Assembly (NCBI GenBank): GCA_043228905.1
Contig: JBHGNT010000003.1
Span: 25,792,001 to 25,856,000 of the forward strand
Length of the DNA: 64,000 nt
Direction: 5' to 3'
Source of the DNA: Azolla caroliniana
Lineage: Eukaryota > Plantae > Polypodiophyta
Made by a program: the position numbers and the translations under genes. This document shows, one piece after another, positions 23,280-38,100 of the stretch. The notes under the pieces are model-generated. The model was not told the DNA's origin. It saw only the letters and a program-made list of their open reading frames with translations, and searched no databases. Position 1 is the stretch's first letter, and every line of letters starts with the position of its first letter.

Positions 23280-25366
23280 TCACCCCATAACATGAATTCT
23301 TTCTTGAATGATGGTTCGGCAGGATGGGCAATCTGTCATTCCTTGCTTCTGATGAAGTTCGTTACACTTCACACACACAATTTGATGTGCACAAGGTAAG
23401 AAAACCACTGAGCATTCCTCTGACATACACATAACACATTCCCAATCTCTTTGAATATCTCCTCTTGAGTCTTCAAGATCGGCGAGCTCTTGTAAGAAAC
23501 GGAATCGTGTGTCTTTTAAAGCCTGCAAACCATTTGCATCTGAAGAGTGAGAGACAATTCCTGATTTTAGTTCTTTATTGCATGATTCTGATGCTAGTTT
23601 CAATTGCTCGAGCTCATCTTCGAGCCTCTTAAGATCATCTCTATGTCGTTGCAAATCAGCATCGGATTTCTGCATCCAGATGTCTTCTTTTCTCTTTGTT
23701 GTAGCTTCCACTTGTTCCTTGGCCCATTTCTCAGCGTTTGCGAGAGTGATTGCCTCTTCCTTCGCTTTCTCTTCCTGTCTCCATCTTATCTACAAAATGA
23801 AATGGGTATTTCTTTGTTGAATCAATTATTGAAGTATGGTTATTTCTCCAGAGATTATTGAATACATCAGGACTACCTTCTCTTTTTCGCTCTTTTTTTA
23901 GTGGTTAATTGTATAAGAAATGCAAGGAGTAATGGATTGTCAATAGAATCAAGTCAAGTCTTAAATTAGGAAATAAGTTAATAACTATGGATCCTTCAAG
24001 ACATCAGAACTAGCCTCCATTTCATGTTGTTTGACATTCAACTTATCATAATTGCTCCTATTTCCTTGATATACTGTATATGCAGAAATAGACTTATAAT
24101 AAAATCAACCATTGAATTAGGATATCTCTATAGGAAATCTACTAGAACAATATGAGAACTGACCTCAGCTTCATGTTGTTGACGTTTCACTTCTCCTAAT
24201 TGTTCTTGTACTTGAGAGATCTGTTGTTTCTGTTTCAACAACTCATCTAGCATCTTTGTCTTCTGCTTCTCCCATGCTTGTATTTTTTTCGAAGATTTCT
24301 TCTCTCGTTTCACAACCTCTTGACACTTTGCATTAGATTCTGATGCACTAAGCTTAGCAGCTTCCATTTCAGCCCTCAACTCTGCGTTTTCAGTTTCAAG
24401 TTTCCTTACATTTACATTAGCCCTATCCACTTGTGCACTAGCTTTACGAAGCGCACTCTCCATTTCAGTAAGTCTTTTCATTGTACTATCTTCTAGCGCT
24501 TGAGTATCTCTCTTTAAACGCAAAATCTCTTCATGCTCTAACCTTAAAGATTTGAGTTCGGCCATATCTTTGCTAAATTTGCATGCTGCTTGCAATGCTT
24601 TTTGATGAGCCCATTTTTTTCTCTCCTGGAGTTGAACTTCCAACTCTCTCACTTGCTGAACTAATTTCATATACATTTCATCCTTCCTTAATGAGGATTT
24701 ATCAGCACTACAATCTGTTAGCGTTTGTGAATTCACACTAAGGAGTGAATGTGAGTCTCCTACATCTTGTTCAGCTCCATTATCTACAACTGATGCTATG
24801 GCCAGAGATAACTCTGTGCCAGGACTACTAAACCCTACTGTGGTTTCTTTGCAATCACAACAAGGAACCACATGATCAGATATTCCAGAAGTAGTTACTT
24901 TACTAACTTGTTTATGCTTCTGAGGTTTACCATTCGACGATGGGATTTCATGTCTTGGTACAAATGATGATTGAGCAATGTTTGTTCCTGAGACAACACC
25001 ATTATCGGAAGAAATACTCACAGACGAGAGAGTGGCCAAGTTATGACCTGATATTTGCATACCCCTTGTAAGTTTTCTTTCACCATAGCAACAAGCATCT
25101 AAAGAAAGTGAAGTGTTCAAAGCAAGATTATGGATTTCCTGTAAACTCTCACTAAAGCTCAAAGCATTTCCTGTGGTGTTTTCATTAGCCTGGAGAAAGC
25201 CTTCACCAGGTTGATTTATAATCGATGGCGAGTTTGTGCCAGTATTTTCTGGATGCGTATTCGTAGAATGCGTTGGTGATGCCTGAGATAAATGTGGATG
25301 TGAGATCCAGACTGAATAGCCAACATAAGAGCCGTCATTGTTTGTGTAACAAAGAGAACGGATCAT
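23280..25366 (-). CDS. RF298/PIR2/MND1-interacting protein 1-like coiled-coil RING E3 ligase, N-terminally shortened; exons 25366-24164 and 23789-23280
   Basis: KWAHQKALQAACKFSKDMAELKSLRLE...RKLETENAELRAEMEAAKLSASES; C3HC4-type RING RDWECVMCMSEECSVVFLPCAHQIVCVKCNELHQKQGMTDCPSCRT; GT-AG intron in phase 0. Confidence 0.88.
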
Positions 25367-27699
25367 ACCTTCAAGAGAGTAGTACTATCTTCCATCACAG
25401 CTCCTCTACTGTAAATCTTCATGAGCAAATGCGAATGCATTCATGAGTATTTTATTTGTAAGTATTTCAGAACGATAATAATTCTTGCTGATAATGTATT
25501 TAAGTCATTAAATATATTGTCCCAAATAAAGCAACTTTAAATTTCAGACAATTACCCATCTCTATTTTGTCCTTAAATGAAATTTACCAAGGAAATCATT
25601 TTAATCTCACAGATACGATGATGATATCTTGGAAATTCAATCACCTGCTGCTATACTTTTGTAAATGTTTACATACCATCAGTAAATGTTTAAGGTAAAT
25701 GTAGAATCTCATATTACTGCATGTAAGGAACATTTTGTACACAGATCTCGGAATCATATTAAGTCATTTACTTTCACTAGTAACAAATATTTCACAATGT
25801 AGTTGCCTACTTGATTAGTGATTCACTTTGGGTGAAAGTTCTAAAATATGATACTATGTTAATGAAAGGCCCAATAAGAAGAGTGAAGAGTGGTACTAAT
25901 TAGCTTCTATCTCTGCATTATTGCCAACAAAACTAAGATTGCAATAATGCCTCATCACTGAAACATTTTCACCTTGTTATGAATCTACCGTTTTAAGGGA
26001 ACTATATAAATCTTTCCTAGTGGCTATCTCCAGATCTGGCACAAATGAAGCAAACTAAAGGTTCAGTAAAGTGGGATTGTAGAATTAGATAGTTGTACCT
26101 CCATATACATGACCATCTAAACTAAATCTACAATAAGGATACATTTCCAATACTTTCAAAATGTTCACCCTACCACACAACCACCTTGAAGAAAATAGAT
26201 TTAATCTTGCCTTAACTAGTCTATGACTTGGAACTGTGCAATTCAGAGATCGGTAGCATCATGCATTACATACATACATACACATATACAGCATATATGT
26301 GTAAACACACAACATATACACATACACACACAGATATATAACAGCATCTGTATAAGAATCAGAAAACATTTTTTTTTGAATAAATAAATCTTTTAGGAAT
26401 TTTTTAGGAGATCTACCCTTCATGTCAATCACATTAGCTAGGCCCTATTATACCTTAGATATAGCGATTACCGAAATGCAATCATAAATTTCTAGTGAAA
26501 GTATTACATAGATCAATCAACATAACATATCGTCACTATGTAGACCAAACAGCTTCTGAATGAGAATCAGTTAAAACATTTTATACCTACTCCATCAATA
26601 AACATAATATGTCTTCGCTCTATGGACAGAACACCTTCTAAATGGAAATCACATAAAATTTTGTTTTTAATCCATTCACAGACTTAATTTGTCTTGCCAT
26701 GTAGAGAGAGGAAATTCTGAATGAAAACCAGATACACGGTTGGTTTTTATTCCATCAATAAATACATAATATATATGTCAACTATGTAGAGAGAAAAGCT
26801 TCTAAACGAGAATTAGATAAATATGTTAAGCTCCTCGTGACCTCTATAAGGTGAAATACCACTAACGCTATTGATATGAAGACAGAACAATAACAAAATT
26901 TTAAACTCCTCATGATCACTATAAACTGAAATCACCACTACTGCTCTTGTAAGAAGATGACAATATTATAAAAAATTTATAACTGGTTTCCTTTCAATAG
27001 CATCCATTGTTGTGTGGTTTCCACTTAGCTATATGAAGATGAACAATGTCATAAAAAAGTTCTAAATGGTTTACTTTCTATAGTAATCATTCTCGTATAT
27101 TTTCCATTTATTCTTTGCCTACCTGCATGTAGAAAAGTTACGGAGAAAAAATTTCCGTTCAAAATTTTATAAAAGGAATCTTAAGAGATTTCATCAGAAA
27201 TCACGCACAGGAAGAAAGCAAAGATAAGGATGAAAAGAATCAACGGGTCTCACAAACAAATAATTGAGTTGAAGATCGAAGAAAAGGAGATATAGGATGT
27301 GTTCCTCCAAAGATCCCCAACAAAGTATCCATTTTGTTTGCTTAAGTTAAACTGTTTCCACGGCATAAAGTCGCTATTTTCTCTGGTTGAATTCCAGAAT
27401 AAGCGAGAGGGAAGTTTAAGAAACATAAATACCTGAGATATAAAGGGTTGAAAGAAGACGAAGGAGAAGAAGCAGAAAAGTGGCGATGTCGATGGAACCT
27501 GCAGTTGAAGAAGGACAGGAGAAAGGGCTGTAAATTAGCAGAGAGAGAGAGAGAGAGACTGACTGACCTCCACACACAAATTACAGGAAAATATCAAAAA
27601 TACCCCTCGCATAATTAATAAAGGGTACCCTTCTTCTGTTTTGCAAATTATCCATTTGATTTAATCCCCCCCCCCCCCCACCCCAAACAAAAAAAAAAG

Positions 27700-27880
27700 G
27701 ATCCAAAACCCTAACCCTAATAGCACCAAGTCAAAAACACATGATAGAAACAGGGAGGCTTGAGGAGCCCTACCCGCATCCTTTCTACCCGAAAAACAGG
27801 TCAGCTTCTACCCCAAGTCGAAAATATTATAGCAAAAGAGAAACTTGCCTCTCCGGGCACGTGCATGCGGCCCAATTCGG
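27700..27880. promoter_or_regulatory. Probable proximal promoter of RING gene: telo-box, G-box, site-II-like motif
   Basis: AAACCCTAACCCTAA (27706), GCACGTGC and GGCCCA (~27857-27875), upstream of a (CT)n-rich putative 5'UTR exon (~27340-27570). Confidence 0.5.
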
Positions 27881-30800
27881 CACGTTATAAATACAAGAGA
27901 TGGGAAAAATATTACACGTACGAGAAACTATTGGGATGCAGCCCTGGTGTAAGTTTATTATCACAAAGAGCCTTATTACTCTCGAAAATTATCAATCCAA
28001 CCCCTTTTCAAATATGTTATGTAATATATTATAGTGAAGATAAAACAACTACCCTTGTGATCTTTTACCCTCTTCGAGATCATACATGCTTCACCCCCAC
28101 TCCCTCTCTCCATTAGGAGGCTTTGGAATTTTGAGAGAACCCACGTTCAATCCTTTCCATGGGCGTTGCCAAATTAACGTTCCTTCTTCAGTTGTGGAAG
28201 TCCTTTGATGGGGGCGGGGGGGTGAAAGAGGCAGGGGATATAAGAATAAATTAGTGTGAAGCCTAGGCTAGATGGGGGTGTAAGGCTCACTATCATGGAT
28301 TGGGCGACGACTCCAAGCAACAATCGGTGTTCCCTTCGTTCCTCTTCATTGTCGTCCCTAATCAATTCTAAGGAACTCCCACTTTAACAATGGCATAAAT
28401 CAACCATAGTTAGGGTCAATTTATTATCAAGGTGTGATTACGGGAGGGGATTCACATTCATTGCCTTTCGTGAGTATTGAACTTTAACCTTGTTGTCCAA
28501 GTGATTCACTGTCCCATAGCATTACTTTTCCTTACACTCCTTTTTATGATGAGATGTCAAGCTCAACCACACTTTCACATGAATGCACTTCTTGGGAGAA
28601 TTTCTACCCTCACAATAACCGGATAGGGGATACCTTATATTGAATGAAATGGATGCTTTTTATATACATATGCCACTAACTTTGCCATGATCCATCAATA
28701 TAAAATGCGATTAGGTATTTACACATAGAATGCTCTATAAAAAGCAAGCTCATTGGCTTCTATCTAGTGTTGATTTATACTTGGTATACACTTGATTATA
28801 AGTCTAGCGATACAATTGACTAGTTGTTTATCAATGTATAATCATCTCATTTTGTTAATACATTTTCTTCTCTCATCTCTCACACATATATATAATTAGA
28901 TTTTCTTTGTTTTGTACGTACTTGATCCTCCATAGAACTTGTCACAAATTTGTGGGTTGGAAAACACTTATGTATATGAAATTTGGAGACTAGACAAATC
29001 AATAGGAAATGTTTGCTACAACTACTTGTCCAAGTACGTTTGATCGAAAACTCTAAATTACTAAGCACACATATACATATAATCTAACCTATCTCCAGCA
29101 TGTATATCTTGATCCTCGATAGGATTACATCTTAATTCATCACATTCTTCCTTCATTGGCTACATTATATAAATTTCTAAAATTCCTTTATAATAAGAAA
29201 TTGTAGTAGTAAAGCTCATTATTTGTAATATCAAGGACAGTGGAAACTCTTTCTCTTTCCCATTCTAATTTCTATCCAAGACAAAAAACTTTATCCTTGA
29301 AAAGTGGCTTTATGACATTGAAATTGGCACAAATTTTACAGCACAAAAAGTGTGAAATTGTCTCTAGCAAGCTTGTATATAAGAGTGATCAATATGCTTA
29401 GGCACTCCTTGTTATGATTGTGCGGTCAATGATTGCTTAACATTATCATGAATTTGCCAATAATATGACCAATCCGCCAAAGCCTTATAATAGAATTGTG
29501 AGGATTTATGTGGCAAGGTAAACCTCTTGAGTTGTAAAGATATAGATTCTCATTCTTAAACCTCACAAAAATTACAAGAAGCTTTCTACTTTATAGAATT
29601 TATGGTAGTTGGGTCGATAAGTTAGCAAAAAAATATAACCAACAAAAAGTTTGAAAATGTTTTATAAGATATGGATTTCAAAAGTTTCGCTTGATCAATC
29701 TACTGAAGCAAAAAACATTACTACCAAGATAGATCTATTACAGTCTTCATGGGTTAAGGTCCTCACTCCTATGTTTAATTCCATTTTTCTTCTCCATCAC
29801 AATTATTGAAGTGAAAAATGTTGTATCAATATATTAATGCAAAATCCTTATGAAGGAAATTCCAATGTGCAGAAAATAGTGTATAGAGATAATAATGCAA
29901 GAGTAATAGCAATGAAAAAAGTTTCAAACAAAACATTTAGATTTTGATAACCCAATGATAAGAGGAACGTTTTGGCACCCAAGTTCCGTCCACAAAAATC
30001 AGGATTTTCAATTGATCAACAGTCCAATGTAGTTGTGGAAAACTCTTTAACCAATCCTTCACAGACACGAGAAAGAGAACATGTTTAGGATTCACCCTAT
30101 GATGGAAAACAACAGCATAAGCGGAAAAGGCAACCTCTTGTCTTACACAATTACAACGAAAATATGTACTCAACTGCAATTGAAAATTGACAAAGAACCA
30201 AAACCATTCCACGAACAGGCAATATAAACAATTGAATGTTCCTAAGCAGCTTCCGCTCTACAGAATTTAGTTGTTTTAAAAATTCTTGCTCTAACCGCTC
30301 TAACCCTAATCCTGTTTCAGGAAATTTCCAGTTTGATTTTTGTTAATGATATGTCAGATCACCCAGAGAAGGATTGGTGACCTCAAACATATGTATCACC
30401 TCAGAGCAATGTGATCATAGTTTTTCCAATATCTGAAATACAGAGACATGTTTTTTCATAATGTTCTTAACAAAATATAACTAGAATAGATATTACGGAT
30501 TCATACTTCCAGTTATGAGCAAGACATCATTCTAATAAATTAATTTTGTATTTCTCACTAGAATAGATATTAAGGATTCATACTTCTAGCTATGAGCAAG
30601 AAATCTTTCTAATACATTAAGATCTGGATTTTCATGGGTATCAAGAATTTGAAGATCAGTGAACACAAATCAATTTCACCTCTTTTCAGGTTAAAAAGTG
30701 GAATCCTTCTACTTTAATCAATCCTTCTCTAAAATTTATATCTAGAGTATGTGAGACCAGAATTTACAGGCATCGAGCATTTTTTCTTTCACGGTGCTAT

Positions 30801-31936
30801 TAAATCTTAAGGGCATTTCTGTTAGATTCAATCCAACTTTTTTCATAAACTCAAAAATGGCATTTTCAATAAATGATATGAAAATTTTCATCCAATTCAA
30901 GCACATCAATATGAAGCCTTTTGGATGACCAAAGCGTAAACAAAAGTGGTACTTATGAAAACATAAACACCGTTAGTGGCTTTGTAAACAATTCATACAA
31001 CTTACCAAATATAAGCACAGATTTTGGGAAATATAACTTTGTTTTGAAACAATGATGGTCAGTTTGGCATGACCAATATTAAAATTCCTTTTCATATCTT
31101 TCGGATTCTCAGATCTATATAATCTCTTCAAAATGGGTTCTTTGCAAAAAGTGATACAACTCTTTAATCCAATTCAAGCAAACAAATATAAATCCTCTCA
31201 AGGAACAATATAAAACTACGAAGATCAGTGGTAAATCTGTTGAATCGATACATAAAAGAAAACAATTAACAGATCACAAACCTCAAATTGGGATGTGCAA
31301 CAAATCCTTTAGAGGAAAAACGTATATAGCAGCTCTAAATCCGATGGATACAGTCTGCAAAAGAAAAGATCAATGGGAAACCATATATCACAAACTCAAG
31401 TTCGGATGAGCAACAAACGATATAATTAAGACTCAAGAGGGATAATATAAAGCAGCGAAACAATGTTAAATATGAAAACAAATAGATTCGCCCTAAATCT
31501 TCCAAAAATTGATTTGCGAATATAAATATAGAAGGGAGTGGAAATGAATTCAGGTGTCTGCTTCTGAGAAAAAAAATAAGTCAATTCAGTTAAAATTTGA
31601 AAAAAAGAAGTTTTTTATAATAGAAAATATGATGTGAGCACATCAATATAAAGCATTATTAACATCATAATTTCTACTATAAATAAATATTATGTTTTAT
31701 AATAAAAGACATGATGTTAGCAATAATAGACTTCATGGATTCACAAAAAAGGAAAAGAAAAATACATGGAGAAATTTTTAAATTCAGATGTGCAATTAAT
31801 CTTCAGACCAAAACATATGAAGCATCAAGTAAATCTATTCGATGGAATTACAAAAGAAAAAATCACATACCACAAATTCAGATTGAGAAAAAATCCAAAA
31901 AGCTCTTCCTTAAATAAATAAAAACAATTTGATTAT

Positions 31937-32734
31937 TCAATTCGCTTTTCCAGATTTCTTCTGGTCAGGAGAGACATCAGCATCACTATCACCAGGTCGT
32001 TGTTGAATGCTTCGAGAAAGAAGCTTAGCCCACAAAGTAGAGACCCAAAATATACTACCAGCAATGGCAAAAACAACAGTAAACATCCAATAGGAGACGA
32101 GCCATCTCGGGATGACATGGTCAGCACCGCCAAATAGGTAAAATGCACATAGCTTCCATGTAAGCAAAGGACCTAACACCCCTCTCGCAACAGTATACAC
32201 AGGTATGAACAAAATGTCCAAGAATCGATGAAAATTGAGATAACGATATATCAAAGAAATCGCCCATATATTTTGTATTAAGCTGGTCGATTCAGCAAGA
32301 CCCAGTAAAAGCATAACCGAAATGGCCCCGTGATGTGTGTAAAACCTACATGAGAGCATATACGTGGTGGTCGCAATGTGATGAAGGATGAATAGGACCT
32401 GATCTGGGACATAGATTGCATAGTGAAGAAGATCGACTATGAAGTAAGCACTACTAAACTCCATTAAAGCATTTTGGAATGAAGTGTTCTGTGAGTCTAG
32501 ATTGTTCAAAGGGTCTTTGACATGCATTACATTGTATATAGTGAGGATTGTTGAGGTTGTTCCATGTATTATAGACATACAACAGCTTGCTGCTTCGTGT
32601 CTTTCTATCTTAGTCTGATGTTTCTTGGACTTGAAGATGGTGTTTAGGGTCAGTATGTAGATGGCTATGAAGAGAATGATGCTCCACGGAAGAACCCAAC
32701 TGTTGTTTTCTATTCCTCCGCCGTCGATCTCCAT
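31937..32734 (-). CDS. TLC (TRAM/LAG1/CLN8) domain membrane protein, single coding exon
   Basis: 265-aa ORF with multiple TM helices, FSSAYFIVDLLHY, LFILHHIAT, AESTSLIQN, YTVARGVLGP. Confidence 0.93.
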   Translation of the reverse strand: MEIDGGGIENNSWVLPWSIILFIAIYILTLNTIFKSKKHQTKIERHEAASCCMSIIHGTTSTILTIYNVMHVKDPLNNLDSQNTSFQNALMEFSSAYFIVDLLHYAIYVPDQVLFILHHIATTTYMLSCRFYTHHGAISVMLLLGLAESTSLIQNIWAISLIYRYLNFHRFLDILFIPVYTVARGVLGPLLTWKLCAFYLFGGADHVIPRWLVSYWMFTVVFAIAGSIFWVSTLWAKLLSRSIQQRPGDSDADVSPDQKKSGKAN

Positions 32735-32986
32735 ATCTCTGTCTGTACCTCTCTTTGTCTCTTTCCCACACTACACCCTAGCCAGTGGCATAGACAACTC
32801 AAAGGAATTTTCTGCTTGTTCGATGAGACGCAGAAACCCTATTTCTGTTTCTGTGCCTGAAGGAGGAGGAAGACCACTTAAGTTTGTCGCGAAGCAAGAA
32901 GGGAGTCAAAACAAGCAGGGGATTTTGACATGAATTTTGTTTATGTGTTGCTACTTTACAAGAATTACAATAGTAGCCTTCCCATA

Positions 32987-35036
32987 CTTTTCTTTTCTTT
33001 TTCCAAAAAAATAATACACTACTTCGCATTAGTTAGCAAATAGAATACAATCGAGTTCAACCCAAAGCCACATTGGGATCAAAATATACAACCTGGAGGA
33101 ACAACTCTAGAACTAGTAAAAAAAAAAACAGCAAAAAACTCATGCGGCCTCTAATCTCCAACAAAACTGAAATAAGCCCCATTTTACCCCGTCTCTACTT
33201 ATCCCAACGAACTCTTTTATAACAAATATATCTGGGTAACACGACTATGTTAATCCTACATACATATTTAAATCCCATGTACAATATTGGGAGTCGTTGG
33301 CGGAAACAACCACCTAGGCGCCTGGTAGTTCCACTTAGGCCTCATCAAAGATTTGACCATCATGAGAGAACCACCCCATTTCAACGAGAACTTTGATCTT
33401 GCCCTTTCTGCTTCATCTGATTCCCCTTGAATCGAGTCATACCGCTCGTGCATGCAGCCATGCCACTAGCTTAAACCATATATTTAACATCACCTCACCA
33501 CATGAGAGGTTTTGCCGCTGAAAAACAAACTTACAATGCTTGGTCCAAATGTGCTAGACCGATAAACACGCCACCATAAGCCAAATCTCCTCAAAAAATT
33601 CAAAATTTGTGTAAGGCCCCATCACATTGGAACACACTACCATCCTACACTATAAATCCATGTCCCTATAGGTTTTTAACGGTTCCGCCCCCTTTTAGGG
33701 CCAATCCCTATATAGAACCCCACATGACGCTCCCATTCACAACACAAGCTGCTACAATTCTGAGGCTTCTACTCCAGATGTTAATTGCCTCTATAAAATT
33801 CTAGAAACAATGAGAGATTGATTCCAAAGCATGTCCACATAACTTACAACTAGCCTCACCACCACGAGAACTCAATCACTCCCTTACAGGTATTGCCTTA
33901 TGACTAAGAAGCCACAACGAAGCCTTTATTTTTTCTAACGTATCCAATGCCCATAATCTCATCCAAAACATCTTCAAGTTGTCATCTGATATACCTTTAT
34001 CCTTCCAACCATTGTGAATCTTTACAAGACCCACCGAGTTGGAGCCAATGATTCATTTGCCTAGCTTAGTATTATACTCAAAAGACTTTTTCAAATTGTT
34101 TGTTCCCAATGTCTACCACCATACCTCCAATGGTTCCCACTCCAAATCATATAATGGCTTCTTGTTGAAAAGCCATATTTTACAGTCATGATCAAGTGTC
34201 CTAGGGTTCAAGTTCAATTGCAACCTCTTACCCTCCAACATTGCCACCCACATAGCCAACCACCTGCCATCATCCGTCAATGCACTTAGATTACCCCACA
34301 AACGCTCCTCGTTAGTTGGGCACCTCCCACGGATAAGTTTTGCATCACCCTCACCTACAAACCAACCTGACCCAATAGCCTCTTCTGCGTTCAACTTACC
34401 TAATCCATCAACAACCTTATCTATCAACTGAGTCACCTTCGCTAGTCTTCCAGTAAACCCACTACTAACAACATGACCCTCCCCCTATTCATGTTGACAA
34501 CCTCCCAATCTCCTACCAACCTAATCTTGTACCCTATCATCCTTCCCCAAGCAAGTATTTTTTCTGTCCAAGCATCATACCGTCTTCGCTTTTGATCCGA
34601 GGGTTCCAAAACAATGCTTCTTGTAACCATTCATCCAACGTTTCCGGTTGCATCCTTCTCTTAAACTTGACCATGCCTTCATTATGGTGCAAACCATCCT
34701 ATCCTTCATGCTAGCCGGTTATTTCAACTTTAGACCTAGACTGAACAACCACCGTGTATTTGACTACCAAGGACCACCATTCCTTCGGCACCAAAGGTTA
34801 ACTATGTTCCTAAGGAGCACATTCCACAGTTTTAGTTTGGGTTGCAGACTTCACACTAGAAGCTTACCAAGTAGAACGTTACTTTGGTGAACCGGATCCA
34901 CTAGCCCAAGTCCTCCCTGGTTCTTCGCCTTGATTAAACAACCACATGCCACTTTAGCTATCGTTATTCCATTGTCTCTATCCGACCAAAGGAACCCTCT
35001 CACCATTGGCTTAATATTTTTGATGTAAGCTTTGTC
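32987..35036 (-). mobile_element. L1-clade LINE, 3' part (cut by the N gap), degenerate
   Basis: LEWEP, zf-RVT remnants, WNYQAPRWLFPP; tail AACTAATGCGAAGTAGTG...TTTTTTTGG(AAAAG)n. Confidence 0.9.
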
Positions 35037-35136
35037 NNNNNNNNNNNNNNNNNNNNNNNNNNNNNNNNNNNNNNNNNNNNNNNNNNNNNNNNNNNNNNNN
35101 NNNNNNNNNNNNNNNNNNNNNNNNNNNNNNNNNNNN
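35037..35136. other. Assembly gap (100 N)
   Basis: Run of exactly 100 n. Confidence 0.99.
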
Positions 35137-38100
35137 AGGATTTATCAGCACTACAATCTGTTAGCGTTTGTGAATTCACACTAAGGAGTGAATGTGAGTC
35201 TCCTACATCTTGTTCAGCTCCATTATCTACAACTGATGCTATGGCCAGAGATAACTCTGTGCCAGGACTACTAAACCCTACTGTGGTTTCTTTGCAATCA
35301 CAACAAGGAACCACATGATCAGATATTCCAGAAGTAGTTACTTTACTAACTTGTTTATGCTTCTGAGGTTTACCATTCGACGATGGGATTTCATGTCTTG
35401 GTACAAATGATGATTGAGCAATGTTTGTTCCTGAGACAACACCATTATCGGAAGAAATACTCACAGACGAGAGAGTGGCCAAGTTATGACCTGATATTTG
35501 CATACCCCTTGTAAGTTTTCTTTCACCATAGCAACAAGCATCTAAAGAAAGTGAAGTGTTCAAAGCAAGATTATGGATTTCCTGTAAACTCTCACTAAAG
35601 CTCAAAGCATTTCCTGTGGTGTTTTCATTAGCCTGGAGAAAGCCTTCACCAGGTTGATTTATAATCGATGGCGAGTTTGTGCCAGTATTTTCTGGATGCG
35701 TATTCGTAGAATGCGTTGGTGATGCCTGAGATAAATGTGGATGTGAGATCCAGACTGAATAGCCAACATAAGAGCCGTCATTGTTTGTGTAACAAAGAGA
35801 ACGGATCATACCTTCAAGAGAGTAGTACTATCTTCCATCACAGCTCCTCTACTGTAAATCTTCATGAGCAAATGCGAATGCATTCATGAGTATTTTATTT
35901 GTAAGTATTTCAGAACGATAATAATTCTTGCTGATAATGTATTTAAGTCATTAAATATATTGTCCCAAATAAAGCAACTTTAAATTTCAGACAATTACCC
36001 ATCTCTATTTTGTCCTTAAATGAAATTTACCAAGGAAATCATTTTAATCTCACAGATACGATGATGATATCTTGGAAATTCAATCACCTGCTGCTATACT
36101 TTTGTAAATGTTTACATACCATCAGTAAATGTTTAAGGTAAATGTAGAATCTCATATTACTGCATGTAAGGAACATTTTGTACACAGATCTCGGAATCAT
36201 ATTAAGTCATTTACTTTCACTAGTAACAAATATTTCACAATGTAGTTGCCTACTTGATTAGTGATTCACTTTGGGTGAAAGTTCTAAAATATGATACTAT
36301 GTTAATGAAAGGCCCAATAAGAAGAGTGAAGAGTGGTACTAATTAGCTTCTATCTCTGCATTATTGCCAACAAAACTAAGATTGCAATAATGCCTCATCA
36401 CTGAAACATTTTCACCTTGTTATGAATCTACCGTTTTAAGGGAACTATATAAATCTTTCCTAGTGGCTATCTCCAGATCTGGCACAAATGAAGCAAACTA
36501 AAGGTTCAGTAAAGTGGGATTGTAGAATTAGATAGTTGTACCTCCATATACATGACCATCTAAACTAAATCTACAATAAGGATACATTTCCAATACTTTC
36601 AAAATGTTCACCCTACCACACAACCACCTTGAAGAAAATAGATTTAATCTTGCCTTAACTAGTCTATGACTTGGAACTGTGCAATTCAGAGATCGGTAGC
36701 ATCATGCATTACATACATACATACACATATACAGCATATATGTGTAAACACACAACATATACACATACACACACAGATATATAACAGCATCTGTATAAGA
36801 ATCAGAAAACATTTTTTTTTGAATAAATAAATCTTTTAGGAATTTTTTAGGAGATCTACCCTTCATGTCAATCACATTAGCTAGGCCCTATTATACCTTA
36901 GATATAGCGATTACCGAAATGCAATCATAAATTTCTAGTGAAAGTATTACATAGATCAATCAACATAACATATCGTCACTATGTAGACCAAACAGCTTCT
37001 GAATGAGAATCAGTTAAAACATTTTATACCTACTCCATCAATAAACATAATATGTCTTCGCTCTATGGACAGAACACCTTCTAAATGGAAATCACATAAA
37101 ATTTTGTTTTTAATCCATTCACAGACTTAATTTGTCTTGCCATGTAGAGAGAGGAAATTCTGAATGAAAACCAGATACACGGTTGGTTTTTATTCCATCA
37201 ATAAATACATAATATATATGTCAACTATGTAGAGAGAAAAGCTTCTAAACGAGAATTAGATAAATATGTTAAGCTCCTCGTGACCTCTATAAGGTGAAAT
37301 ACCACTAACGCTATTGATATGAAGACAGAACAATAACAAAATTTTAAACTCCTCATGATCACTATAAACTGAAATCACCACTACTGCTCTTGTAAGAAGA
37401 TGACAATATTATAAAAAATTTATAACTGGTTTCCTTTCAATAGCATCCATTGTTGTGTGGTTTCCACTTAGCTATATGAAGATGAACAATGTCATAAAAA
37501 AGTTCTAAATGGTTTACTTTCTATAGTAATCATTCTCGTATATTTTCCATTTATTCTTTGCCTACCTGCATGTAGAAAAGTTACGGAGAAAAAATTTCCG
37601 TTCAAAATTTTATAAAAGGAATCTTAAGAGATTTCATCAGAAATCACGCACAGGAAGAAAGCAAAGATAAGGATGAAAAGAATCAACGGGTCTCACAAAC
37701 AAATAATTGAGTTGAAGATCGAAGAAAAGGAGATATAGGATGTGTTCCTCCAAAGATCCCCAACAAAGTATCCATTTTGTTTGCTTAAGTTAAACTGTTT
37801 CCACGGCATAAAGTCGCTATTTTCTCTGGTTGAATTCCAGAATAAGCGAGAGGGAAGTTTAAGAAACATAAATACCTGAGATATAAAGGGTTGAAAGAAG
37901 ACGAAGGAGAAGAAGCAGAAAAGTGGCGATGTCGATGGAACCTGCAGTTGAAGAAGGACAGGAGAAAGGGCTGTAAATTAGCAGAGAGAGAGAGAGAGAG
38001 ACTGACTGACCTCCACACACAAATTACAGGAAAATATCAAAAATACCCCTCGCATAATTAATAAAGGGTACCCTTCTTCTGTTTTGCAAATTATCCATTT

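Noticed and set aside
28850-30250. Possible CACTA (DUF4216-like) transposase relic on the minus strand
   Set aside because: Only a few suggestive residues (DQDIHAGDRLDY); too eroded to support without a profile search.
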